A stretch of DNA of 64,000 nt from Chloroflexota bacterium (GTDB taxonomy: Bacteria > Chloroflexota > UBA11872 > VXOZ01). The DNA is taken from contig CAXXVD010000005.1 of the NCBI GenBank assembly GCA_963662335.2, forward strand, positions 448,001-512,000. Reading direction: 5' to 3'. A program made the position numbers and the translations under genes. Of the stretch, positions 38,041-46,471 are shown piece after piece. Position 1 is the stretch's first letter. Each line of letters starts with the position of its first letter. Below the pieces are notes generated by a model. That model had not been told where the DNA came from. It was given only the letters and a program-made list of their open reading frames with translations, and did no database searches.

Positions 38041-39084
38041 ATGAATCGTCGTACCCTTCTCAAGTCGTCACTGGCGTTGGCGCCGGTTGCGCTTGGGGCA
38101 GCCTGCGGGAGAGTGTCAGTCACTACCGGCGAGGACGCGGACACGCCCGCGGCCGAGCCGTCCACGCTTACCGTCTATTCCGGTCGCAACGAAAACCTCG
38201 TCGGGCCGCTTCTGGAGCAGTTCGCGCAGGATACCGGCACGGAAATCCAGGTCAAGTACGGCGGCGGCGCCGAAATCGCGGCGACCATCCTGGAGGAAGG
38301 CGACAATAGCCCCGCGGACGTGTTCTACGCCCAGGACGCCGGCGCGTTGGGCGCGCTGCAAGCCGAAAACCGCCTGGCCCCGCTGCCGGACTCAATCCTC
38401 GACGCGGTCGAACCCCGCTTCCGCTCGCCGCAGGGTCTCTGGGTCGGCGCTTCCGGCCGCGCCCGCGTGGTGGTGTACAATACGGAGAGCGTGCAACCGG
38501 CGGACCTGCCGCCTTCGGTGCTGAACTTCGTGGAACCGGCGTGGAAAGGCCGCATCGGCTGGGCGCCGACCAACGGCTCGTTCCAGGCGTTCGTCACCGC
38601 CATGCGCGTGACGCTGGGCGAAGACCGGACCCGCGCCTGGTTGGAAGGCATCAAGGCCAACGAGCCAAAGGTCTATCCCAAGAACACGCCCACGGTGCAG
38701 GCCGCCGTGGACGGAGAAATCCATGCCGGGTTCGTTAACCACTACTACCTCTTCCGCATTCGCGCCGAGCAGGGCGCCGTGCCGGCGGAGAACTACTTCC
38801 CGCCCAACGGGGACCTGGGTTCGCTGGTCAACGTGGCCGGCGCGGGCGTGATTGCGGGCGCGCGAAACGTGGCGGCCGCCGAGGAGTTCGTGGCCTACCT
38901 GCTCTCGCAGCCGGCCCAGGAGTACTTCTCTGAGAGCACCTATGAGTACCCCCTGGCCCATGGCGTGGCCGCCCATCCGGATCTGCCGCCGCTCGCAGCT
39001 ATCGAGACGCCGGACATCGATCTCAGCGACCTGGCCGACTTGCGCGGCACGCTGGAACTCCTGCAAGACGTGGGACTGATCTAG
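38041..39084 (+). CDS. Fe3+ ABC transporter substrate-binding lipoprotein (FutA/FbpA-like)
   Basis: NRRTLLK, GAACG, VYSGR, SPADVF, VNHYY, YEYP. Confidence 0.92.
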   Translation: MNRRTLLKSSLALAPVALGAACGRVSVTTGEDADTPAAEPSTLTVYSGRNENLVGPLLEQFAQDTGTEIQVKYGGGAEIAATILEEGDNSPADVFYAQDAGALGALQAENRLAPLPDSILDAVEPRFRSPQGLWVGASGRARVVVYNTESVQPADLPPSVLNFVEPAWKGRIGWAPTNGSFQAFVTAMRVTLGEDRTRAWLEGIKANEPKVYPKNTPTVQAAVDGEIHAGFVNHYYLFRIRAEQGAVPAENYFPPNGDLGSLVNVAGAGVIAGARNVAAAEEFVAYLLSQPAQEYFSESTYEYPLAHGVAAHPDLPPLAAIETPDIDLSDLADLRGTLELLQDVGLI

Positions 39085-39099
39085 CCGCGGAAAGGACAC

Positions 39100-40746
39100 A
39101 TGGCGACTTCGTCGAAGACGGGGCTCCTTGGGGCGCTGAACGAAGCGCTGCAAGGCGGCCGGCGGACTTTGCGGTCTGCCGGCCCGCCGCTGCCTCTCCT
39201 GGCGCTGAGCGGCGTGGTGGCAATTGGCATCATGCTGCCGCTCGCCTACCTGGCGCTGCGGGCGGCCGGCGCCGGCGATGAACTCTGGCGTCTGCTCTTG
39301 CGGCCGCGCACCGCGCTCATTCTCTTCAATAGCGTCGCCCTGGCCGCCGCGGTAACCGCCGGCGCCGTCGCCATCTCCGTGCCGCTGGCCTGGCTGGTGG
39401 CGCGCAGCGACCTGCCCTGGCGGCGCGCCTGGACAGGACTCCTGATCGTCCCCCTGGCCGTGCCCAGCTACGTGGGCGGCTTCGTGCTCATCGGTGCATT
39501 GGGGCCGCGCGGGATGCTGCAACGCCTGCTGGAGCCACTCGGCGTGGAGCGCCTGCCGGAAATCTACGGCTTTGGCGGCGCCTGGCTTTCGCTCACGCTC
39601 TTCACCTATCCCTACGTCTTCCTCGTCGTGCGCGCAGCCCTGCAAGGCATGGATCCCGCCCTGGAGGAGGCCTCGCGCAGCCTGGGACAGAGCGGCTGGA
39701 CCACGTTCCGCCGCATAACCCTGCCCCAACTGCGGCCGGCGATCGCCGCCGGCGGCTTGCTGGTGGCGCTCTACACCCTCAGCGACTTCGGCGCGGTCTC
39801 GCTGCTCCAGTTCGACACGTTTACCCGCGTTATCTATGTGCACTACCAAGGCTCGTTCGACCGGCACCTTGCCGCCGGCCTGGCGCTGGTGCTCGTTGTC
39901 ATCACGTTGCTGGTCCTCACCTTGGAGCAGCGGAGCCGGGGGCGCGCCGACCACTACGGCAGCCCGCGCGGCGGCCGGTCGTCCGCCCAGGGCCGCGTAC
40001 CGCTGGGCAGATGGCGGCTGCCGGCAAGCGTCCTCTGCCTGGGCGTCGTCTTGCTCGCGGTCGTCATGCCCGCGCTCACGGTCGGCTACTGGCTGCTGCG
40101 CAGCGTGGCGCACACGCCGAACTTCAGCGCGCTGCCCGGCCTGGCGTGGAATACGCTGTGGGTCTCCGCCGCGGCGGGATTCTTGGCGGTAGCGCTGGCC
40201 CTGCCGGTGGCGTACCTTACCGCGCGCTACCCCCGCCGCCTCACGCGCCCCTTCGAATACGCCGTCTATCTTGGCTACGGCTTACCCGGCATCGTCATCG
40301 CCCTCTCGCTGGTCTTCTTTGGCGCGAATGTCGCGCCCGGCATCTACCAGACGTTCTACCTGCTGATCGCGGCGTACTTGATCCGCTTCTTGCCGCAAGC
40401 GTACGGCAATCTCCGCGCCTCCATCCTGCAGGTGCACCCGGCGCTGGAGGAAGCCTCCCGCAGCCTGGGCCGCTCCTGGTTCGGCACGCTGCGCGCCGTC
40501 ACGTTGCCGCTGGTGCGCGGCGGCGCCACCGCGGGCGGCATCTTGGTCTTCATCACCACGCTCAAGGAACTTCCCATCACCCTCTTGCTGGGGCCAATCG
40601 GCTTCAAGACGCTGGCCACGGAAGTGTGGTCGCTGACCGCGGAAGGGTTCTTTGCCGCCGCCGCGCCCGTGATTCTCGTGCTGCTGGGCGTTTCCCTCCT
40701 CCCCACCTTGCTTTTGCAGGTAAGGTACCTTAATATAGACGCATGA
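39100..40746 (+). CDS. Fe3+ ABC transporter permease
   Basis: Two LEEASRSLG EAA loops, PLAVPSYV, KELP. Confidence 0.92.
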   Translation: MATSSKTGLLGALNEALQGGRRTLRSAGPPLPLLALSGVVAIGIMLPLAYLALRAAGAGDELWRLLLRPRTALILFNSVALAAAVTAGAVAISVPLAWLVARSDLPWRRAWTGLLIVPLAVPSYVGGFVLIGALGPRGMLQRLLEPLGVERLPEIYGFGGAWLSLTLFTYPYVFLVVRAALQGMDPALEEASRSLGQSGWTTFRRITLPQLRPAIAAGGLLVALYTLSDFGAVSLLQFDTFTRVIYVHYQGSFDRHLAAGLALVLVVITLLVLTLEQRSRGRADHYGSPRGGRSSAQGRVPLGRWRLPASVLCLGVVLLAVVMPALTVGYWLLRSVAHTPNFSALPGLAWNTLWVSAAAGFLAVALALPVAYLTARYPRRLTRPFEYAVYLGYGLPGIVIALSLVFFGANVAPGIYQTFYLLIAAYLIRFLPQAYGNLRASILQVHPALEEASRSLGRSWFGTLRAVTLPLVRGGATAGGILVFITTLKELPITLLLGPIGFKTLATEVWSLTAEGFFAAAAPVILVLLGVSLLPTLLLQVRYLNIDA

Positions 40747-41792
40747 GCATAAATGAAGTCGCAATCCGCTGCAAGAACATCACGAAGCGTTTCGGTTCGG
40801 TGGTGGCGGTAGACCGGGTTGACCTCACCGTTGCGCCCGGCGAGTTCCTTGGCCTGCTGGGGCCCAGCGGCTGCGGCAAGACGACGTTTCTCCGGCTCCT
40901 TGCCGGATTCGAAGCGCCTGATACCGGCACGATTGAAATCGGCGGCGTGCGCGTTGCCGGCCCCAGGCGCTGGATCCTGCCGGAACGGCGGCGCGTCGGC
41001 ATGGTCTTCCAGGACTACGCGCTCTTTCCCCACATGACGGTGGCCGAAAACGTGGCCTATGGCGTGCGCAAGTGGCCCAATCGGCGCGAGCAGGTCGGCA
41101 ACGTGCTGCGCCTGGTCGGTTTGGAAAACCTCCGCGAGCGGCTGCCGGGCGAACTCTCCGGCGGGCAGCAGCAGCGCGTGGCGCTCGCCCGCGCCCTGGC
41201 CCCGGAACCCGACGTGATCCTGCTGGACGAACCCTTCTCCAACTTGGACGTCGCCTTGCGCGCGCGCATTCGCGCTGAGACGCAGGAGATTCTTGCCCGC
41301 GCCGGCGCCACCGTCATCTTCGTCACCCACGATCAAGAGGAGGCGCTCAGCCTGGCCGACCGGGTGGCCGTCATGTGGGACGGCCGCATCGCCCAGGTGG
41401 GCGCGCCGGCGGAACTCTACCGCAAACCGGCCTGCCGGGAAGTCGCTGAATTCGTGGGCGGCGCAAATTTCCTCTATGCCCGCGCCGCCAACGGCCATGC
41501 GGATTGCGCGCTGGGCCGCTTCTCAACCAACGGCGCCGCGCACAACGGCGAACTCGACCTCATGTTTCGCCCGGAGGACATCGCCCTGAGCGCGGCTCCG
41601 GACGGCGCGTCGCAGGTGGTGGACGCCACGTTCTTCGGCCATGACAGCACCGTGACGATTCGCCTGGAAACCGGCGAACACGTCCAGGCGCGCCTGCTGG
41701 GCGCGCCGCTGGCGCCGGGTACCCGCGTCCACTGCCAGGTGACGGCTGAACCGCGCACCTTCGCGCGTCAACCTCAATCAGCGCCGGCATGA
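40743..41792 (+). CDS. Fe3+ ABC transporter ATP-binding protein
   Basis: GPSGCGKT, FQDYALFPH, LSGGQQQR, DEPFSNLD, TOBE-like C-terminus. Confidence 0.93.
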   Translation: MSINEVAIRCKNITKRFGSVVAVDRVDLTVAPGEFLGLLGPSGCGKTTFLRLLAGFEAPDTGTIEIGGVRVAGPRRWILPERRRVGMVFQDYALFPHMTVAENVAYGVRKWPNRREQVGNVLRLVGLENLRERLPGELSGGQQQRVALARALAPEPDVILLDEPFSNLDVALRARIRAETQEILARAGATVIFVTHDQEEALSLADRVAVMWDGRIAQVGAPAELYRKPACREVAEFVGGANFLYARAANGHADCALGRFSTNGAAHNGELDLMFRPEDIALSAAPDGASQVVDATFFGHDSTVTIRLETGEHVQARLLGAPLAPGTRVHCQVTAEPRTFARQPQSAPA

Positions 41793-41872
41793 CTAGGCCG
41801 GACGGCGTAAGGAATTGCTCACCACAGCCTTGTCAGGTTACAAATGCGGGAAGAAAGTATACGCCAAGCTCT

Positions 41873-42050
41873 CCGTTCGTGCTGAGCTTGTCGAAGCATG
41901 AGCGGAGAAGAGAGTGGTGAAAGCGTTCCCGTTTCTCCGCCGTTCACCGTTCGTGCTGAGCTTGTCGATGCATGAACGGAGAGAGGCGTGTGGAGAATTT
42001 TGACCCGCTTCCTCCGCCGTTCGCCCTTCGACGCTGCTCAGGGCGCACGG
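41873..42050. repeat. Three CCGTTCGTGCTGAGCTTGTCGAAG-family REP-like units
   Basis: Two direct copies plus one inverted copy. Confidence 0.85.
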
Positions 42051-42122
42051 CTTAGTGACGCTGTTCTTCGTTTGGGTGCTCAATTTCACCTTTGCTAAAG
42101 GCGGGAATCCCCTTACCGGCCC

Positions 42123-43280
42123 ATGGCACCGTATGACTGCGCCGCCCTGCGCGAAGCCATTCCAATTCTCCGTGACCGGGTTTATCTCAACACCGGCACG
42201 GAAGGCGTGCTCGCCGAACCGGTGCTCGCGGCGTACCAAGCGGCCATCGCCCGCCAGGAGCGTGAAGGCCACGTAGCGTTGGAGTGGCGCTACGCGGAAC
42301 TGGAATCCGCGCGCGCGGCGGTGGCGCGTTTGCTCAATGCGCACACCGATACGATTGCCTTCACCCGCAACGCCACCGACGGGCACAACCTTGTGCTGGA
42401 GGGCTTTGGCTGGCTGCCGGGGGACGAACTCCTGATCTCAGACCAGGAGCATCCCGCCTTGACCCATCCGGCCGCATATCTCGCGGACCGGAGCGGGCCG
42501 GTGGTGCGCGTCTTTACCGTTGACCCCGACCCGCGCGTCACGCTGCGGAACGTGCGGGAGCGCCTGAGCGCCAGCACGCGCTTCATCGCGTTCAGCCACG
42601 TAAGCTGCGAGAGCGGCATCCGGCTGCCCGCCAAGGAAATCTGCCGCCTGGCCTACGACCTCGGCGCGTGGTCGCTGGTGGACGGCGCGCAGTCCCTGGG
42701 GGCGATTCCCGTAGACGTGGCAGACCTGGGCTGCGACTTCTTCGTCAGCAACGGGCACAAGTGGCTCTGCGGCCCCAAGGAGACCGGCATCTTCTACGTG
42801 CACCCCGACCAGCGCGAAACCCTTGATGTGAGCGCAGTCGGGGCCGGCACGTTCGACCGCTTCACGTGGCGCGGCGAGAAGTTCGACTACGACCTGAAAC
42901 CGTCGGCGCGGCGCTTCGAGTTCGGCACCCGCAACCAAGCCGCGTACACCGGCCTGCGCAGCGCAATCGCCTGGTTGGAAGAACTGGGCATTGAGAATGT
43001 CTACGCGCACGTGCGGGGCCTCGTTCGGCAGGCGCGTGAGATTCTGGAGCAGACACCCGGCGTCACGGTGCTCACGCCGCGAGCCGCCGCGAAATCGGCC
43101 GGGCTCATCACGTTCAACCTGGACGGCCGGGAGCCGGCGGACGTCGCGCGCGCTCTCTGGCGCCAAGGCGTCATCACGCGCCACACCACCACGCCGCCCG
43201 GCATCCGCGCCTCGGCCGCGTACTTCAACACCGCGCGGGACTTCGAGCGGCTGGCGGCGGCGCTGCGCTCGCTCGACTGA
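42123..43280 (+). CDS. Class V PLP-dependent enzyme (CefD/EgtE/desulfurase-like)
   Basis: VYLNTG, EHPA, VDGAQ, SNGHKWLCGP, FEFGT. Confidence 0.9.
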   Translation: MAPYDCAALREAIPILRDRVYLNTGTEGVLAEPVLAAYQAAIARQEREGHVALEWRYAELESARAAVARLLNAHTDTIAFTRNATDGHNLVLEGFGWLPGDELLISDQEHPALTHPAAYLADRSGPVVRVFTVDPDPRVTLRNVRERLSASTRFIAFSHVSCESGIRLPAKEICRLAYDLGAWSLVDGAQSLGAIPVDVADLGCDFFVSNGHKWLCGPKETGIFYVHPDQRETLDVSAVGAGTFDRFTWRGEKFDYDLKPSARRFEFGTRNQAAYTGLRSAIAWLEELGIENVYAHVRGLVRQAREILEQTPGVTVLTPRAAAKSAGLITFNLDGREPADVARALWRQGVITRHTTTPPGIRASAAYFNTARDFERLAAALRSLD

Positions 43281-43371
43281 AAAGCCTTGCCCCGCGCTGA
43301 ACGCGGCGCGCGCCCTTGAATCCCCGCGCGCTTTCTGACACTGTAAAGCTGCGGGCGCGGACGGCTTCCCA

Positions 43372-43447
43372 TCCGTCATTCCGGCGAAAGCCGGAATCCA
43401 TCTTTACCGCGAGCGCCCTGGATTCCGGCTTTCGCCGGAATGACGGA
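43372..43447. repeat. CGTC-type REP-like doublet (CCGTCATTCCGGCGAAAGCCGGAATCCA)
   Basis: Perfectly paired arms. Confidence 0.88.
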
Positions 43448-43510
43448 GGCGGGAATCACCAAGGCTGTCCGCCGGCCACACAAGGGAATCAAGAGTGATT
43501 GAACATCTCT

Positions 43511-43638
43511 CCGTTCGTGCTGAGCTTGTCGAAGCATGAACGGAGAGATGTGTGTGGAGATATTCTACCCGTTTCCTGCGCCGTTCACCCTTCGACGACG
43601 CTCAGAGCTTGCCCCGTACTCGATACGGGGGCGAACGG
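43511..43638. repeat. CCGTTCGTGCTGAGCTTGTCGAAG-family doublet
   Basis: Closely matches the 41948-42050 doublet including the spacer. Confidence 0.85.
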
Positions 43639-43706
43639 TATGCGCGCATATTTACATGGCAATGACGGAGCGGGAAGTGTTGTTTTCATGGTAGCGACGG
43701 CGAGCA

Positions 43707-44900
43707 ATGTCCAATAGCCGGCGCACTGTGCGCATCCTCGTAACCGGCGGCGGTTCCGGCGGCCACGTCACGCCGGCGCTTGCCACCATCGATTCAATCG
43801 CGGCGCTGGCCGACCGCGACGGCGGCTGGCGGCCCGCCTTCCTCTACGTGGGCAGTTACGCGGGCGTAGAACGGCAGATGGCGGAGGCCGCCGGACTACC
43901 CTTCACCGCCATCGCCACCGGCAAATTGCGCCGCTCGCGGCATGTGCTCGGCCACTTCTCCTGGCGCAATCTCCTCGACGCGCTGCGGCTGCCCTGGGGC
44001 GTCCTGCAAGCGCTGTTAACAATCGTGCGCTTTCGACCCCACGTGGTTCTGAGCACCGGCGGTTTCGTCTGTGTGCCGCCGGCGCTTGCCGCCTGGCTGC
44101 TGCGCGTGCCGGTACTCACCCATGAACAGACGGTGCAGATGGGATTGGCGAACCGCATCGCCTCGCGCTTCGCGGCCCGCATTGCCTTGACTTACGAGTC
44201 CGCGCGTGACGAACTGCCGCCGCCCCTGCGCGCCAAGACGCTGCTCACCGGCAACCCGGTGCGCGCGGCAGTGTTCGGCGGCGACCCGGCAACCGCCCGC
44301 GCGCTCAGCGGGTTCACCGACGGCGATGCCCTGCCGACCGTCTACGTCACCGGCGGCGCTCAGGGCGCGCAGCACGTCAACCGGGCCGTGCAGGAGGCGC
44401 TGCCCGACCTCCTTGAAATGTGCCGCATCATTCATCAATGCGGCCGCCAAGCCAGCAGCGGCCTATCCGAGCGCGAACGGCTGGAGCGTGCCCGCGCCGC
44501 GCTGCCGCCGCCTCTGCAACCGCGCTACCACGTCATAGACTTCGTGACGGACGAGATCGGCCACGTCTACGCGCTGGCGGACCTCGTGGTCGGCCGCGCC
44601 GGCGCGGGCACGCTGGCGGAACTCTTCGCGCTGGGCAAACCGTCCCTGCTCATTCCCCTCGTGCCGACCGGCGGCGACGAACAGCGGCGCAACGCCCAGC
44701 ACGCCCAGCACGCCGGCGCGGCAGTCGTCATCGAACAAGATGACTTCAGCGGTGAACGCTTATGTAAAGCCGCGGGCGAACTCCTGGCAGACCCGGCGCA
44801 ACTGCAAACGATGGCGCGCGCCGCGAAAGACCTCGCGCAGCCCGACGCCGCGCAACGCCTGGCGGAAGCCGTGATCGCCTTGGCACATCAGGGCAATTGA
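43707..44900 (+). CDS. murG: MurG-like GT28 glycosyltransferase
   Basis: TGGGSGGHVTP, TGKLRR, STGGFV, HEQ, TGNPVR, GGAQGA, RAGAGT, EQRRNA. Confidence 0.85.
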   Translation: MSNSRRTVRILVTGGGSGGHVTPALATIDSIAALADRDGGWRPAFLYVGSYAGVERQMAEAAGLPFTAIATGKLRRSRHVLGHFSWRNLLDALRLPWGVLQALLTIVRFRPHVVLSTGGFVCVPPALAAWLLRVPVLTHEQTVQMGLANRIASRFAARIALTYESARDELPPPLRAKTLLTGNPVRAAVFGGDPATARALSGFTDGDALPTVYVTGGAQGAQHVNRAVQEALPDLLEMCRIIHQCGRQASSGLSERERLERARAALPPPLQPRYHVIDFVTDEIGHVYALADLVVGRAGAGTLAELFALGKPSLLIPLVPTGGDEQRRNAQHAQHAGAAVVIEQDDFSGERLCKAAGELLADPAQLQTMARAAKDLAQPDAAQRLAEAVIALAHQGN

Positions 44901-45032
44901 CCGGCAGAGCGACTCCGCAATCCTTGCATGCGCCAGGTAAGCCGTTGACGGTTGAGATGGGAAAAGCCCAAGTTGACGGTTGAGATTGGGTAAGCGCAAG
45001 AAGACACAACGCCTCGGCTGGCTCGGGCACAT

Positions 45033-45129
45033 GTCATTCCGAACGGAGCGCAGTGAGGAATCTCGTGCGGTTGTGCCGCGGGATGCATTGCGGCATGGAC
45101 CCTAGATTCCTCGCTGCGCTCGGAATGAC
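45033..45129. repeat. GTCATTCCG...GAGGAATCT inverted doublet
   Basis: Same family as 27214-27281. Confidence 0.88.
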
Positions 45130-45212
45130 AGCAGTCTTGCGTTTGGAATGACGGGAACAGTCTACATCGCCGCGTGGGAGTGGCGCTCTATCAACGCACT
45201 CCACAAATTGCG

Positions 45213-45761
45213 CTACTCTTCGTTCGCGGCATAGATACTGAACATCGAGTCGCCGTGCTGGCGGGATCGCAGCAGGCGCAGCCGGCCCCACTGCTCGGCG
45301 GGTAGATTCTTCTTCCAGTGTCCCACGACGACTATCGTGTGCTCGTGAATCACATTCGCCGCAGCCAGCGCCGGCAGCCAGTCTTCATGCGCCACCGTGT
45401 GGTAGGGCGGGTCGGCCAGAATGAGGTCGTACGGCTCGCGCAGGCGCGTGAGCGCGCCCGGCACGCGCCCCTGGATCACCCGCGCCCGCTGGTGCAGGGA
45501 CGCCGCGCGCAGGTTTTCGCGGATTGCGCGGCACGCGGCCGGCAGCGCGTCGACGAAATCGCACCACGCCGCGCCCCGGCTCAGGGCCTCGATCCCCAGC
45601 GCGCCCGTGCCCGCAAAGAGTTCCAGCACGCGCCCGCTTTCGCCGCGCTCGCCCAACGAATTGAAGATCGCCTGCTTGACTTTATCGAGCGTTGGCCGCA
45701 CCTGCGCCGTCTTGGGGGCGCGCAAACGCCGCCCGGCGGCCGTTCCACTGATGACGCGCAT
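45213..45761 (-). CDS. rsmD: 16S rRNA (guanine966-N2)-methyltransferase
   Basis: MRVISG, RPT, LFAGTGALGIEALSRGA, DPPY. Confidence 0.93.
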   Translation of the reverse strand: MRVISGTAAGRRLRAPKTAQVRPTLDKVKQAIFNSLGERGESGRVLELFAGTGALGIEALSRGAAWCDFVDALPAACRAIRENLRAASLHQRARVIQGRVPGALTRLREPYDLILADPPYHTVAHEDWLPALAAANVIHEHTIVVVGHWKKNLPAEQWGRLRLLRSRQHGDSMFSIYAANEE

Positions 45762-45793
45762 GTTCGGCCCCCATCTCCTGAAGCAGCGTCGCC

Positions 45794-46471
45794 CTAAATC
45801 GAGACGTGCGGAAAGTCTCGATAGAGCAATTCGGTCTGCACGCACAACCGGTAGAAGTAGCGGTCGGCCTGGATGACGAAGTCCGCTGCCTGAATACGTT
45901 GTTCGGCGACCCAGGCCTCATTGGGATGGCACCGCTGATTGCAGAGCGCCTTGACCGTAATGTAAGCGCGCTTTCCGGCGAAGAGTTCGAGTGCGCTTGG
46001 AACCGGCAATTCTACCAAGGCAGAAACCTCGGCCGGGTTCGGCGTGAAAGCGGCGAGCGGCAGGTTGGCCCGGTGCAGGAAGACATACTGCACCTCGTAG
46101 TCACGCACGCCCGGCTCCACGTCGCTCGCGGCCTGGCGCACCCCCAGCGGCACGAGTTCGTTCATGGCAAGGGTGAGGCCGATCTCCTCTTGCGACTCGC
46201 GCAGGGCATCTTCCACGGACTCACCCGCCGCCAGGTGTCCGCCGACGGTAGCGTCCAACTTCCCCGGCGACGTATCCTTGTTCTCCGCCCGCCGCTGGAA
46301 GACCACGTACGGCGTGCCGTTAGCATACTGTCCCACCACCCAGCAGTGAATTGCGCGGTGCCAATCGCCGTCCCGGTGCACGTCGGCGCGGCGCTTGCGC
46401 AGTCCCAGCGGACGGCCCAGCGAATCACACACGTCGAAAAGCTCATCCGGATCGGAGTAGGGATTGCTCAC
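45794..46471 (-). CDS. NUDIX hydrolase (IPP-isomerase-like subgroup)
   Basis: VHRDGDWHR, GGHLAAGESVEDALRESQEEIG. Confidence 0.88.
   Translation of the reverse strand: MSNPYSDPDELFDVCDSLGRPLGLRKRRADVHRDGDWHRAIHCWVVGQYANGTPYVVFQRRAENKDTSPGKLDATVGGHLAAGESVEDALRESQEEIGLTLAMNELVPLGVRQAASDVEPGVRDYEVQYVFLHRANLPLAAFTPNPAEVSALVELPVPSALELFAGKRAYITVKALCNQRCHPNEAWVAEQRIQAADFVIQADRYFYRLCVQTELLYRDFPHVSI

Noticed and set aside
42123-43280. Selenocysteine lyase / SufS linked to the Sec candidate
   Set aside because: The C-terminal region (ITRHTTTPPGIRAS) lacks the catalytic Cys loop and the gene is 10 kb away.
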